A stretch of 64,000 nt of DNA from Candidatus Zixiibacteriota bacterium (GCA_016235085.1 JACRMA010000043.1:7327-71326); one strand, 5' to 3'. Positions 13,504 through 23,524 are shown, counted from the stretch's first letter. The notes: generated by a model not told the origin, from the letters alone. Numbers and translations: made by a program.

Positions 13504-16140
13504 CTACTTCATCAACACCATCTTCTTCGTTTCCGAATTGCCGCCGGTGGTCAGGCGATAGAAGTACAGCCCGCTGGCCATCGTTTGTCCGGCTTGATCA
13601 GTGCCATCCCATATGTATTCATATCGGCCGGGCCCCAGGGTCCCATCGAACAGGGTCTTCACCTGCTGGCCCAGGAGATTGTAGACGACGAGGTAGACGG
13701 CAACGGACGGACCGCTGCTGCCGAGATCGCCCAGAGTGAACGCAATCGTTGTGGTTGGGTTGAACGGATTCGGATAGTTCTGGTCCAGGACAAAGCTTCT
13801 CGGAACCGGACTGACTCCGGAAACTTCGATCTGGCTGGCGTCCGGCGCGGCGAGCTTAAGCTCCTGCAGGCGGACCGTTGGTTCGCCCAGTGCCGGCGCG
13901 GAAGACAACGGAATGCGCAACACATCATGCCGGCCGGTCCGCATGTTGGGTGGACCACCCATCAGATTAAAGAGGAGCGCGCGCAAGTGCCCCTGGCCAT
14001 CGTCACGGAACCGCAACTGCATGTTGGTCGCGACGGCAAGGGCCTCCGGAGAACCGAGTGTCACCGTCGCGGGATCGTAGGCCAGTTCGACTTGGGCGCC
14101 CGCGACGTCCGAAGGCAGATCGGCCGACAGGCGGAAGGCGCCGCTGGGACCATCGTTACGGTCATAAATGAACTGCACGGTGGCGGGTGTGCCACCCACA
14201 GGCGGCACTCCGGGAGCCGGAACCACCGGGGCGCCGAAGATGTGGTTGATAATCGCCTGGAGATCGAAGACGTCGACGAAATTGTCGGCGTTGGTATTCG
14301 CCGCGCCAAACTGTCTCGGGTTAAACGGGAATGTCCCGAGGATGTAACCGACGACCGTGACGATATCCGCGACGTCAATACGCGTGTCCAGGTTTGCATC
14401 GCCCAGATTGTCGACCATGATGACGCCGTCGGTGGTCGCGATCGATGCAGAAGGCTCGGTGGGATCGGGATCGATCGAACCCCAGGCATCTTCGAACATC
14501 ACCGGGTAGGCGCCCGGTGCAACCGCTGGATTGATCGAACCAATCACATTGAATAGAACGGTTGTTGTTCCGTTCGCCACCGACTGGCCGGTCAGTGAGA
14601 AAGCGACGATGCGAATTCGTCCGGCGGTGGTTCCCATGTTGTCGTATACCGTGAATCCGATGAGTCTGTCGCTGGTTTGGATGGCGCTCGGTGTGAAGAT
14701 CGTGGCATCGTAGACAAAATCGAACTGAACACCGTAGGAAGCCTTCACATTCAGAAAGTTGATCGGAATCACCACTCCGCCCGTGCCGGGGACTCCGCCC
14801 TGCGCCTCCTGGCCGGGAGCAGACGTGGAGAACAAGCGATCAACCTGTACTTGATTGACCGTGATGGTCACGTTGCAGATAACGCTGAGATTATTCGCTG
14901 TGTCCTTGGCCTGGAATCCGACCGAGAAAATTCCGGACTGCGTGAAGCTGGGCGTCCATTTGAACGTTCCGGACGCCGAACCGGTCCCGCTGACCGGATT
15001 CGCGGGGAGCAGGGAATAACCCGTCGGCGCGTTCACGGGATACAATTGAATCGGATCATTATTGGCATCCGAAGCGCTGATGTTGAACGAGACTTCCTGT
15101 CCCTGATCGACCGTATAGCTGGTGTTTGACGGGCAGATCACCACCGGTGCCACGTTTCCGGTCGGCTGGGTCACCGTGATTGTGACATTGCAAAAACCGC
15201 TGGAGAGACCACCGGGTTGATCCGTCGCCTGGAAACTGACCGTGAAGTTTCCCGTCTGCGAGCTCGTCGGAACCCACGAGAAGTTTCCCGTCGCGGATCC
15301 CGTACCGACTACCGGGTTTGAGGGCGAAAACGATGCGCCGGTTGGCAGGTTGGTCGCGAGGAGAGAAACTGTGTTTCCGTCGGGATCAGTCGCGGGAACA
15401 GCGAATTGCACCAACTGCCCGGCACTGACCGTCACAGGCGCAGGGCAACTTGTGATTGAAGGAGGGTTGTTCCCGCCTCCGGTGGTAATCGTGATCGTTC
15501 CATTGATGAGAACAGGACGCCAAATAAGCAAACCGCTGATTTGAGCAAAGGTGTTGTCCGTTTGCGGATAAACTGGGTCATTCTCAAATGCGATGCTGGC
15601 CGTCTGCGGGGACGCCGTGGACCGGATGAGCCAGCGCATACGAACCGTCGCTCCCGCACCCGGCAGGAAGATATCGGGAGCGGATTTTGGGGCCTGATCC
15701 AACGCGAGCAGTTTGTAGACACCCGATGACGGAAGGCCTTCCGACCAGATGTCCGCATCCATCGCAGGAGACACGGTGGAGAAAGCCGTGCCCCGGATTT
15801 CCGTTGAGCGCTCCGCGGCGATTACCGTGTCAACGCCTGTTATGACAGTATCCAGTAACGGCGAGATAACACTCGGGTCATAGCGAACGCGAAATGTGAA
15901 CGCTCCTAATGTGTCCGCGTTGCGAATGTACAGATCGACATTCACTGTATCGCCCGGGTGCGCGATGGTCACGTTCACGATCCGCATGGTGTCCAGGGTC
16001 GACGGAGTCTGTGCCCAGGCGGAGCCAGCCGATAGGAGCAGCGATGCCGCCGACACAATGGCAATGACCAGAATGATGCGGCACAGCCCTGACACGGGTC
16101 TTCCGCAGGATCTTTCTCGATTTGTTTTCATGGACTTCAT
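13504..16140 (-). CDS. T9SS-secreted modular scaffoldin-like protein: signal peptide, cohesin-like module, two He_PIG/Ig-like domains, second cohesin-like module, dockerin-like module, third cohesin-like module, Por/T9SS C-terminal sorting domain.
   Basis: ORF 13504..16230 with the likely start at ATG 16140 (MKSMKTNRE..., signal peptide ...LLSAGSAWAQ). Cohesin-like signatures: GDTVNVDLYIRNADTLGAFTFRVRYDPSVISPLLDTV, GVQFDFVYDATIFTP, AGAQVELAYDPATVTL. Dockerin-like pair: GDANLDTRIDVADIVTVVGYILG / NTNADNFVDVFDLQAIINHIFG. C-terminus LDQNYPNPFNPTTTIAFTL...SGLYFYRLTTGGNSETKKMVLMK is a typical T9SS CTD. Confidence 0.75.
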   Translation of the reverse strand: MKSMKTNRERSCGRPVSGLCRIILVIAIVSAASLLLSAGSAWAQTPSTLDTMRIVNVTIAHPGDTVNVDLYIRNADTLGAFTFRVRYDPSVISPLLDTVITGVDTVIAAERSTEIRGTAFSTVSPAMDADIWSEGLPSSGVYKLLALDQAPKSAPDIFLPGAGATVRMRWLIRSTASPQTASIAFENDPVYPQTDNTFAQISGLLIWRPVLINGTITITTGGGNNPPSITSCPAPVTVSAGQLVQFAVPATDPDGNTVSLLATNLPTGASFSPSNPVVGTGSATGNFSWVPTSSQTGNFTVSFQATDQPGGLSSGFCNVTITVTQPTGNVAPVVICPSNTSYTVDQGQEVSFNISASDANNDPIQLYPVNAPTGYSLLPANPVSGTGSASGTFKWTPSFTQSGIFSVGFQAKDTANNLSVICNVTITVNQVQVDRLFSTSAPGQEAQGGVPGTGGVVIPINFLNVKASYGVQFDFVYDATIFTPSAIQTSDRLIGFTVYDNMGTTAGRIRIVAFSLTGQSVANGTTTVLFNVIGSINPAVAPGAYPVMFEDAWGSIDPDPTEPSASIATTDGVIMVDNLGDANLDTRIDVADIVTVVGYILGTFPFNPRQFGAANTNADNFVDVFDLQAIINHIFGAPVVPAPGVPPVGGTPATVQFIYDRNDGPSGAFRLSADLPSDVAGAQVELAYDPATVTLGSPEALAVATNMQLRFRDDGQGHLRALLFNLMGGPPNMRTGRHDVLRIPLSSAPALGEPTVRLQELKLAAPDASQIEVSGVSPVPRSFVLDQNYPNPFNPTTTIAFTLGDLGSSGPSVAVYLVVYNLLGQQVKTLFDGTLGPGRYEYIWDGTDQAGQTMASGLYFYRLTTGGNSETKKMVLMK

Positions 16141-16866
16141 TGAGAAGCCCCCTTTCGGGACGGTTAATATGCCTGCAAGGTCTTGCATACTTTCGACTTC
16201 GTCATGGTCAGCCATTCTCTGCACCTGCATGTGGCTTCACCACATTCCGCACTGCATCCGTCGTCGCTGGCCGCCGCGCATCGCTTGGCGGTCAACAGGT
16301 TAGCCCCACTCTTCGGGGCCTCCGGGGAGGGGGGCATCCGGGCAATGACAGGCGGCGTTCAAACCGTTCGCAGTAAGTGCATTGCGGATTCCTGCTTCGC
16401 CAAGGCTTCGCAGGATTTAGGTGGAATGGCGTTCCGCGCCGGAGCCGATCACCGTCCTTTCGCGATGTGGGGGTGGGGTGAAAGTGGACAAAGCGGACGA
16501 GGTGGACGAAGTGGACGAGGACCAAGAGGCAAGTGTCGTCACACGCGTGGGCTCGCCGGCGACCGGGTGGACTGTGTCCACTGGGCGGGTGGGCTCAAGC
16601 TTGTGGCGAACAATGGTGGTCACTGGGCATCCTCTCTATCAACAAAAAACCCCGTCGCGAACAGATCATGCGCCCTAAACTGGGCGCAGCGGGCGGGGAT
16701 CAGCAGTACTTCAAGCAGCATAACTTGTTTCGACCTGCATTTGCTCCTGCCCGCCTGATTGACGGCAGGGGCGGCTTCATCGTTCTCAGTTGTGCAGTCT
16801 TTGTTCCTCCTCTCGTCCGCCTGGCACGCCGTTCCGTCGGCGCCTCGCATTTCTTGGTAAGCAGAT

Positions 16867-16894
16867 CCCGTCCCGTCCAAAAGGACGGGACGGG
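16867..16894 (-). terminator. Perfect 12-bp stem / 4-nt loop hairpin (CCCGTCCCGTCC-AAAA-GGACGGGACGGG) 20 nt downstream of the stop of the 16914..19862 gene; candidate transcription terminator without a U-tract.
   Basis: The inverted repeat is read directly from the sequence and sits immediately 3' of a stop codon. The lack of a U-rich tail lowers confidence. Confidence 0.45.
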
Positions 16895-16913
16895 ATTGCG
16901 TGAACTACAGACT

Positions 16914-19862
16914 TTACTTCATCAGCACCATCTTCTTGGTGGCGGTGAAGTCCTTGGCAGTCAGGCGATAGAAGTACATACCGCTGGCAACCGAGGAGCC
17001 GTTCTCGGAGCTGCCATCCCACGACACGCTCACAGGACCCTGGCCGTTACCGGAGAAGGTACGGACAACCTGACCCGCGATGTTGTAGATGGACAGATTC
17101 CAATCAGACTGGTCCTTCAAGGAGAACTGGATCACCGTGCCCGCGTTGAACGGGTTCGGGTAGTTCTGCAGGAGGGCGTAGCTGGTCGGGACTCTCGAGG
17201 AGGCGTTGACGGACAGAAGCGCACCGCTGGCATCCGACACCTGGGACTCAGCAAGCTCGACCGTGCCGTTGCCGGAGACCGGAACGGTGATCAGGTTGTT
17301 GAGACCAGCCGGGACCTTGGCACCCGCCGCAGTTCCGTAAACCAGAATGCGGAGTTCGCCGTTGGCCGAGGTGGACTTGACCTGGAGGTTGGTGCCCGAC
17401 ACGAGCGAGGGCTGGCCAACCGTCACGCCAGAGTAGTGGTACACGAACAGGGCACCGCCGAGATCGACGTTGGCGTTCGTGCGGATGTTCAACGTACCGT
17501 TGGTCACGTCAGAATTGACGGCCACCGAGTTGGCATAGGGCGACAGCTTGAAGCCCGAGCCCTGCGGCGGGAACGGCTGTGCGTCACCGGTGATGATGCG
17601 AATGAGGTACACCAGATCGGCGACGGTCAGAGGCATGCCATCGTTGTTGATGTCGCTGGCAAGAACCTGAACCGCACGCAGGTTGGCGTTGGACTCAAAC
17701 ACGTTGATGCCGGAGATGAAGTAGCGGCTGTACAGGACCGCGTCGCCGATTTCGTTGGCCACGCCGTTCAAGTTGAGGTCGCCACGATCATCGGGCGGAC
17801 GCTGGATGCAAATCGCACCTGAGCAGAAGTCGATGAACGGATTGACTTCGTGACCCGGCTTGTTGTTGCCGACACAGGTCCAATCCGGGCCCAGGGTGAT
17901 GTCAGGATCGGTCGTGGAAGGAACGTACAGCGTGTAACCGTCCTTGGACGACAGCGAGTTGTCGGTGCAGTCGAACGAGCAGAAGCCAACATGCGGACAG
18001 AGGCCGATGTTGTTGAGGTTGCCGTCTACCTGGAACGTGATCAGGGCAATCACACCGCCGAGGACAAACGCGCCCGGAGCGGGGGTGATGCCGTTGTTGA
18101 TGTCGGCAATACCGACGATCTTCACGTAGCCATTCGGGCATCCACCGCCGCAATTGCCGCCGAAGGCGCCAGTGCGATAGGTGAAATACTCGAAGGACGG
18201 ATCAAGGTTCGGACCACGGGCAACCTTCGAGAAGATCAGGATGCTTTGATCGTAGCAGATCAGGAATTCAAAGCCGCCTGTGCCGCCTGAAGGACCGGTT
18301 GCCGGGTTGACCCAGATACCGAGGGTCTTTTGCACGCCATAAAGGGACGGCGCGTAGGTCACAATGTGCCCGATGGCGGCGGAATCCGGATCCACGATGC
18401 AGATCTGATACGGGGATTCGAACAGCACGTCGACGCAGCACGGAGCCGAGGTGACACAACCATCAAAAGCGGTGAAGCACACGCTGTAAGGCGTGTTGTC
18501 GCCGGACGGACGAGCGCCGACGATCTGGTTGCCGGAGATGCTGAGCCATGACGGCCAAGTACCGGACGCGGCATAAGTCAGGGCATCGCCGTCAGCCTGG
18601 CTGGCCGGGCCCATGGTGATCGAGAGGGGCACGCCAGTCGGGGCGGTCACGGGAGCCGGATTCGAGCAGGTTGCCGGATCGTTGGTGACGGACAAGGTGA
18701 AGTTGCAAGTGGCCGATCCGCCAGTCGCATCCTGCACGGTGACGGTGATCGCATGGTCGCCGACTTGCTGGCAGTTGGACTCGTCTGTCCACACGCCATT
18801 CACATCGACGGAACCAGGAGCACCACCACTGAAGGTGTAAGGCGGGCAACCGCCGGTCACGCCGATCGTCTTGGAGGCAAGCTCGCCCCAATGGACGGAG
18901 ACGTTACCGCAGTTGCTGGTTACTGGAGCGGTTCCAGCCACATCAACGTGGAACGTGGCGGTGCCGCAATTGCCTTGACCGTTGGAATTGTAAACTTCGA
19001 ACACCACGTCAAAGCCGGGGTAGTCGGCGCATGTCGGGGTGTATGACCAGGTACCAGCACCAGCCGGCGGGCCAGGAGTTGTCGTGGAGACAACACCGGG
19101 GCCAGAGATCTTGGCGAAGGTATTGGCTTCGTCGTCCGAGGAAGAAAGAGCCTTGGACGCCGCGACGCCAACCGTCGCACTCACGGTAGCCAGATTGGTG
19201 GTGTTGGTCGGGCACGGGTTGCAAATGACATTGACGACGCCCTTGTTGAATACCGCAACGATCGGCGGTGTGCCGGAGGCTCTCACGAAAACAAAGTGAT
19301 TTGCCGGATCGGCGCAAGCGGTGTCAATCTCGAACGACCCGGGACAAATCGGGTTCGTCCCGGCGTTGATTGTGAACGAGGGCGAGGTGCCATCCGTACC
19401 GGCTGGCAGAGTCGCTCCAAGGATGATACCACGAACGATCATCATTCCAGCCGGAGACGAGCTAACCGGCATGGTGCTCACATCAAGACCTTCGTCTCCA
19501 GTAGACGGAGTCGCATCAGGACCCGGCCAAATCGTGCCGAATCCCGTGCCGCACGCGGCCGCATCGGGAGCCTGATAACCGTTGTAGATCATGACATCGG
19601 CGAGCTTGCCATTCATACGGCCCGAATTGACAGTGAGACCCAGGCTTGTGATGAATGATCCACCGCTAACGGTACGAATAGTCAACGGCGCGATGATGTA
19701 CTTGAGGGCCAGGTCGTTGGTGACGAACACACCGATGTTGGCAGTGCCACCAGCCCCGATCGTGAGCGACTCGACGGTCATTTGGTTGGCCGCAAAGATC
19801 GCCGCACTCGACAGGAAAACCAAACAGGCTGCCAGGCAAATTGTTAATGCAAAACGCTTCAT
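16914..19862 (-). CDS. T9SS-secreted large surface protein: signal peptide, Cys-rich regions, at least one cohesin-like module, a dockerin-like module and a Por/T9SS C-terminal sorting domain.
   Basis: ORF 16914..19925 with the likely start at ATG 19862 (MKRFALTICLAACLVFLSSAAIFA), preceded by GGAG 8 nt upstream. Cohesin-like GFEFLICYDQSILIFSKV. Dockerin-like DLNLNGVANEIGDAVLYSRYF...DINNDGMPLTVADLVYLIRIITG. C-terminus LLQNYPNPFNAGTVIQFSL...SGMYFYRLTAKDFTATKKMVLMK. Confidence 0.75.
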   Translation of the reverse strand: MKRFALTICLAACLVFLSSAAIFAANQMTVESLTIGAGGTANIGVFVTNDLALKYIIAPLTIRTVSGGSFITSLGLTVNSGRMNGKLADVMIYNGYQAPDAAACGTGFGTIWPGPDATPSTGDEGLDVSTMPVSSSPAGMMIVRGIILGATLPAGTDGTSPSFTINAGTNPICPGSFEIDTACADPANHFVFVRASGTPPIVAVFNKGVVNVICNPCPTNTTNLATVSATVGVAASKALSSSDDEANTFAKISGPGVVSTTTPGPPAGAGTWSYTPTCADYPGFDVVFEVYNSNGQGNCGTATFHVDVAGTAPVTSNCGNVSVHWGELASKTIGVTGGCPPYTFSGGAPGSVDVNGVWTDESNCQQVGDHAITVTVQDATGGSATCNFTLSVTNDPATCSNPAPVTAPTGVPLSITMGPASQADGDALTYAASGTWPSWLSISGNQIVGARPSGDNTPYSVCFTAFDGCVTSAPCCVDVLFESPYQICIVDPDSAAIGHIVTYAPSLYGVQKTLGIWVNPATGPSGGTGGFEFLICYDQSILIFSKVARGPNLDPSFEYFTYRTGAFGGNCGGGCPNGYVKIVGIADINNGITPAPGAFVLGGVIALITFQVDGNLNNIGLCPHVGFCSFDCTDNSLSSKDGYTLYVPSTTDPDITLGPDWTCVGNNKPGHEVNPFIDFCSGAICIQRPPDDRGDLNLNGVANEIGDAVLYSRYFISGINVFESNANLRAVQVLASDINNDGMPLTVADLVYLIRIITGDAQPFPPQGSGFKLSPYANSVAVNSDVTNGTLNIRTNANVDLGGALFVYHYSGVTVGQPSLVSGTNLQVKSTSANGELRILVYGTAAGAKVPAGLNNLITVPVSGNGTVELAESQVSDASGALLSVNASSRVPTSYALLQNYPNPFNAGTVIQFSLKDQSDWNLSIYNIAGQVVRTFSGNGQGPVSVSWDGSSENGSSVASGMYFYRLTAKDFTATKKMVLMK

Positions 19863-21511
19863 CTGTTTTGCTCCTTTAAAATTCCTCTCAGTTGACGTTT
19901 TCGAACTCCCCAAAGAGAGACACATTCTGTCGGGGAATCCACGCGATAGTCATTCCCCCTGATTTCGCGCTGAGCATTTGCTTTGTGCCTCAATACCGAT
20001 TTTCTCTAAACCTCACCTCCGTAGATGTCTAAATCGTTCACGGTTTCTGTTGGTTGAAGCGAGCGTTTAAAGACTCTTCGTTCGCAACACCTCCTTTCAC
20101 CGAAAATTGGTTGGGTTGATGGTTAACAACATCAATCATGGTTTTCAATCCCAGCCGGCGGCACAAGAGCGTGGGGCACCGGCGATTTTTTCAACAGAGG
20201 CTTGGGGCCCAAACGCCCGAAACACAGACACGAAAAGCGGCCGCATCAAGACACGGAGTCTCGACACCCAACCGCGTGCAGGACAAGAAACTCGAAGAAA
20301 TGTAAGGCGTGTGGACCATTCACGACCTCCCAATTCGCGTTTCCACTGTCACTTGCGTTCACCGAAGATCCTCTCAGGAGACATTCCCACACCGGGCCAC
20401 GCTCGTGAGCCGAATCGTCCGACTGCTGTCTGCCTTTCCATTTCCCGCTGCGAGCGGGTTGGTGAACTTGTCCGCGAACTTCGCGGTGTGACCTTGGTGG
20501 TTACTGCGCTTGCCGCCTCAGACCATGACTTCAATCCGTCCGACCAGCGCCGCCACCCGAGACTCTTGTAGAACTACCTGTGTTTCAGCTTTGTACCATA
20601 TCGCATGTGGTAACATCACTTGGCGAACTGAATATAGACCCCACCCCCCGATCTGTCAATACCCTAAATGGTTTTTTTTCTCTCATTTGTTGCATCAGCA
20701 GACCGGGCAAATCTGCTTGGGATGACAAGGAGTTAACGTGCGTGACAGTTTGGTGGAAGCGGGACCACCGCGCCTGCGGCGGGGGGCGGGCTGACGGGGA
20801 GGTCCCAACCGCAATACGATCCGCAGACGGGCGACCTCTGATCTACATAAGGTGAGGTCTGATTTTGACAGCCAGTTGAAGTTCTCAGAATTTGAATGGG
20901 GCGGGTTGCGGAGACAAGGTCCAGCTCACGCAATGGCGTGTTGTCAGACAGTGCCTCGTGAATTCGAGGCCGCATCAAGTTGTCCCACCTCCCACTTTCA
21001 CAGTCCGGGAAGAGGCCTGAATCTCGTCTGCGATTTCATCCTGTGCGCTCTCAAGTCGTTGATCCACAACACAATCTACTTCTCCATCCCGTGCGCACAT
21101 CACCTCCTCAGCAGGTGGGACTTTAGGAGCGGCGGGACCTCATGAGACCATCGGAACGGATGATGATCTGGAGAAGAAAGCGGACGATTATGGCGTGGCG
21201 GTAGAAGCGGAAGGGTGGTCTCAAGGGTGATCGTCCTTAAACCGGCGACCGCGCCTTAACCGACGGCATCCATTGGCTTCTTGACGAGGGATGCCCATGG
21301 GAAGCACCGGACGCAGTATGAGCAATTGTCCCCCCGGGGGATCGTATCTCGAAATGTAGTGATTCGGCAATACTACAAGGCCCCGCCACCCATGTTGGTC
21401 CCCGGCTCTTCGGTGGATTCTGGGATCCAACATGACGCGACGAGGGCGGAGAGTCAATCCCCCCACCCTCATCAACGCCAGGAACGAAAACTCGCTGCAA
21501 TCCCTAAGTGC

Positions 21512-22255
21512 TCAGCACGGAGGCTGTCCGTTGTTGAAGACGTACTCAATCAAGTAGATCAGGTCGAAGATGTCCGCCACATCATCGCAGTTGACATCGG
21601 CGAGCGTGGGCGGGCATGACGGACCATTATTGAAGAGATAGTCCTGAAGCGCGGTTATGTCAAATATGTCTGTGACCTGGTCTTGGTTTAAGTCGCCTCG
21701 GGAGGTCGGGCGCACCGTTACGCTCCCGCTGGTCCAGTCCACAGGTGAAATGAATGAGAAGGTGGGCGTCATGAACCAACTGCCAACGCCACCGGCCGTG
21801 AAGGAAACAGTACGATCTTGAAGGGTATCCGCCCAAGCGTCTGGACAGACCGTGTGGACAAGCAATTTGATCAAATTGCCGGATGTGTAGGCGGGAATGG
21901 CGGTTCCGTAACCGGTGATTTGTATGGCCGCGGGGCTGTAATATTGCAACCCCACAGACCAGCTGGCAGTCAGAGTTCCCGCACTGCTCCAGATCGCGAT
22001 TGAATCCCAGTAAGCCAGGTCGGGCCGACTCATGGTAACCAGGAGTTGAAAATATTCAATTGGCTCGTCCATGTTCTGAATGAAGACGGTAATGGTATCC
22101 TGCACATTCCAACCAGAGGTGGTATCACCTAGATCGACGTAAACCTTAGGGGTTTGCGCCCACAGAGATTTTGCACTCCCAGGGAAAGACGCGACGACAA
22201 TGCTGGTCATAAGCAGCAGAACACCACTCCAAACCTTCCGCCGATAGTTCTCCAT
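21512..22255 (-). CDS. Small secreted dockerin-domain protein (signal peptide plus ~150-aa unknown domain plus C-terminal double dockerin-like repeat).
   Basis: N-terminus MENYRRKVWSGVLLLMTSIVVASFPGSAKSLWAQ is a signal peptide. C-terminus DLNQDQVTDIFDITALQDYLFNNGPSCPP...DVNCDDVADIFDLIYLIEYVFNNGQPPC. AGGAGG lies 8 nt upstream of the ATG. The gene is lower-GC than its surroundings. Confidence 0.6.
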   Translation of the reverse strand: MENYRRKVWSGVLLLMTSIVVASFPGSAKSLWAQTPKVYVDLGDTTSGWNVQDTITVFIQNMDEPIEYFQLLVTMSRPDLAYWDSIAIWSSAGTLTASWSVGLQYYSPAAIQITGYGTAIPAYTSGNLIKLLVHTVCPDAWADTLQDRTVSFTAGGVGSWFMTPTFSFISPVDWTSGSVTVRPTSRGDLNQDQVTDIFDITALQDYLFNNGPSCPPTLADVNCDDVADIFDLIYLIEYVFNNGQPPC

Positions 22256-22637
22256 TAGGCACCCTCCTGTTAAGTGAGTTTGTTAGAGTTCTGGCTAGAC
22301 AGCATAACACCACCAACCTCAAGCATAGCAGCACAGAACTAACGTGTCAAGATGTGGGGGCTGATTACTTGCAATCTTGATGTTTTAATTTAGCGGAGCC
22401 TTGGCCCGCAGACGATAATTCTCGACCGTGTATGCCACTGTCCCAAAAGCGTGTTTGAAGAGACCGGACAGAATCGTCCGGACAACCAGATTGAAGCGAT
22501 ACCGGCAGGCCGGACACTTCTTTCCGGCCTCTCGAACTCACTAGGGTGACAGGTATTCCACGCACCCTTAAGTCAGTGGATCACACGAATGAACAACATC
22601 TGAACAACATTGTCGTGCTCTGGTCTTCTGGAGGTCG

Positions 22638-23507
22638 CTAACGGCGGCGCTGGACGGTCAGGATGCGTTCGATGTAGGCGAGGTCACGGTGAATCACTGG
22701 ATCTCCCCAGATCGGGCGGGTCCGCAGGAAGTCGCGGATTTCGTTCCCCTGCCCAAATCCGATTTCGCTGACGACCCATCCACCCGGTTTGAGAAGTATC
22801 TCAGCCCCCACCAGCAATTCGAAGAGGATTTCCAATCCCGAAGGGCCGGCGAAAAGTGCCACGTGTGGTTCAAAATCGACCACCGACCGGTCGAGGTTGG
22901 GATCACCCGGAACGACATAGGGCGGGTTCGAGACGATGAGGTCGAAGATCGCCGCCGGACGGAACATAGTCAGCGACCGTCCCCCGACAAGCTGGACGCG
23001 CGTTCCGAGATCCAGACGCCGGCGATTTTCGTCCGCGAGAATCAGCGCCTGGCGGTCGATGTCGGTGCCAATGATGTGCAGATCGGGGCGCTGGTTTGCC
23101 ATCGCCAACGCGATGTTGCCGGACCCGGTACCGATGTCGACAGCCAGCGGGCGAATGACGCTCCGTGGCTCCGGCAGGCAATCCAATGCGGCGGCAACCA
23201 GTTCCTCGGTTTCCGGACGCGGAATCAGGGCGCGCGGATCACAGAGCAGGTCCAAACCGTAAAACTCCACATGTCCGATGACATAGGCGAGTGGGCGGCC
23301 GGTCAGCCGGTCGGCCACGAACGTGGCCAGCTTCTCCTCGTCAGCCGATTGGATGGCGTTTCCGGCGCGCAGAGTGAGTTCGGTCGGCCCGCAGTTCATC
23401 AGGAAGCCGAGCATGCGGTCGCCTTCCAGTGCTGCCAAATCGCCGGCCACTGGCCGCAGGCGAGCGGTGGTCTGGCGCCGAATTTCGCCGATTGTCATCG
23501 AGTGCAA
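22638..23507 (-). CDS. prmC: Release factor glutamine N5-methyltransferase PrmC/HemK.
   Basis: AdoMet-MTase motifs (VDIGTGSGNIALA) and the substrate-binding NPPY motif (IVSNPPYV); the gene lies in a prfA neighbourhood. Confidence 0.85.
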   Translation of the reverse strand: MHSMTIGEIRRQTTARLRPVAGDLAALEGDRMLGFLMNCGPTELTLRAGNAIQSADEEKLATFVADRLTGRPLAYVIGHVEFYGLDLLCDPRALIPRPETEELVAAALDCLPEPRSVIRPLAVDIGTGSGNIALAMANQRPDLHIIGTDIDRQALILADENRRRLDLGTRVQLVGGRSLTMFRPAAIFDLIVSNPPYVVPGDPNLDRSVVDFEPHVALFAGPSGLEILFELLVGAEILLKPGGWVVSEIGFGQGNEIRDFLRTRPIWGDPVIHRDLAYIERILTVQRRR

Positions 23508-23524
23508 ACTCGGGGTGGAGCCGG

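Noticed and set aside
16533-17822. 429-aa plus-strand ORF
   Set aside because: Entirely antisense to the well-supported T9SS scaffold gene (16914..19862). Arg/Gly/Val-rich composition typical of spurious ORFs in high-GC antisense frames, with no recognisable motifs.
20107-20571. 154-aa ORF in the 1.6 kb gap
   Set aside because: Low-complexity Arg/Pro/Ser-rich translation with no start context; more likely non-coding.
20895-20960. AAGGTCCAGCTCAC resembling the RNase P RNA P4 region (GAAAGUCCGGGCUCC)
   Set aside because: The other universally conserved RNase P blocks (AGGGCAG, ACAGAAA, GGUAAGAGCGCACC) are not found nearby.
21440-21480. Motif GAGTCAATCCCCCCACCCTCATCAAC faintly resembling a tmRNA/tRNA-like T-arm and 3' end
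   Set aside because: No matching acceptor stem, no T-arm stem (GGGGG...CCCCC), no tag ORF ending ...AA-stop, and no CCA context. Too weak without a covariance-model scan.
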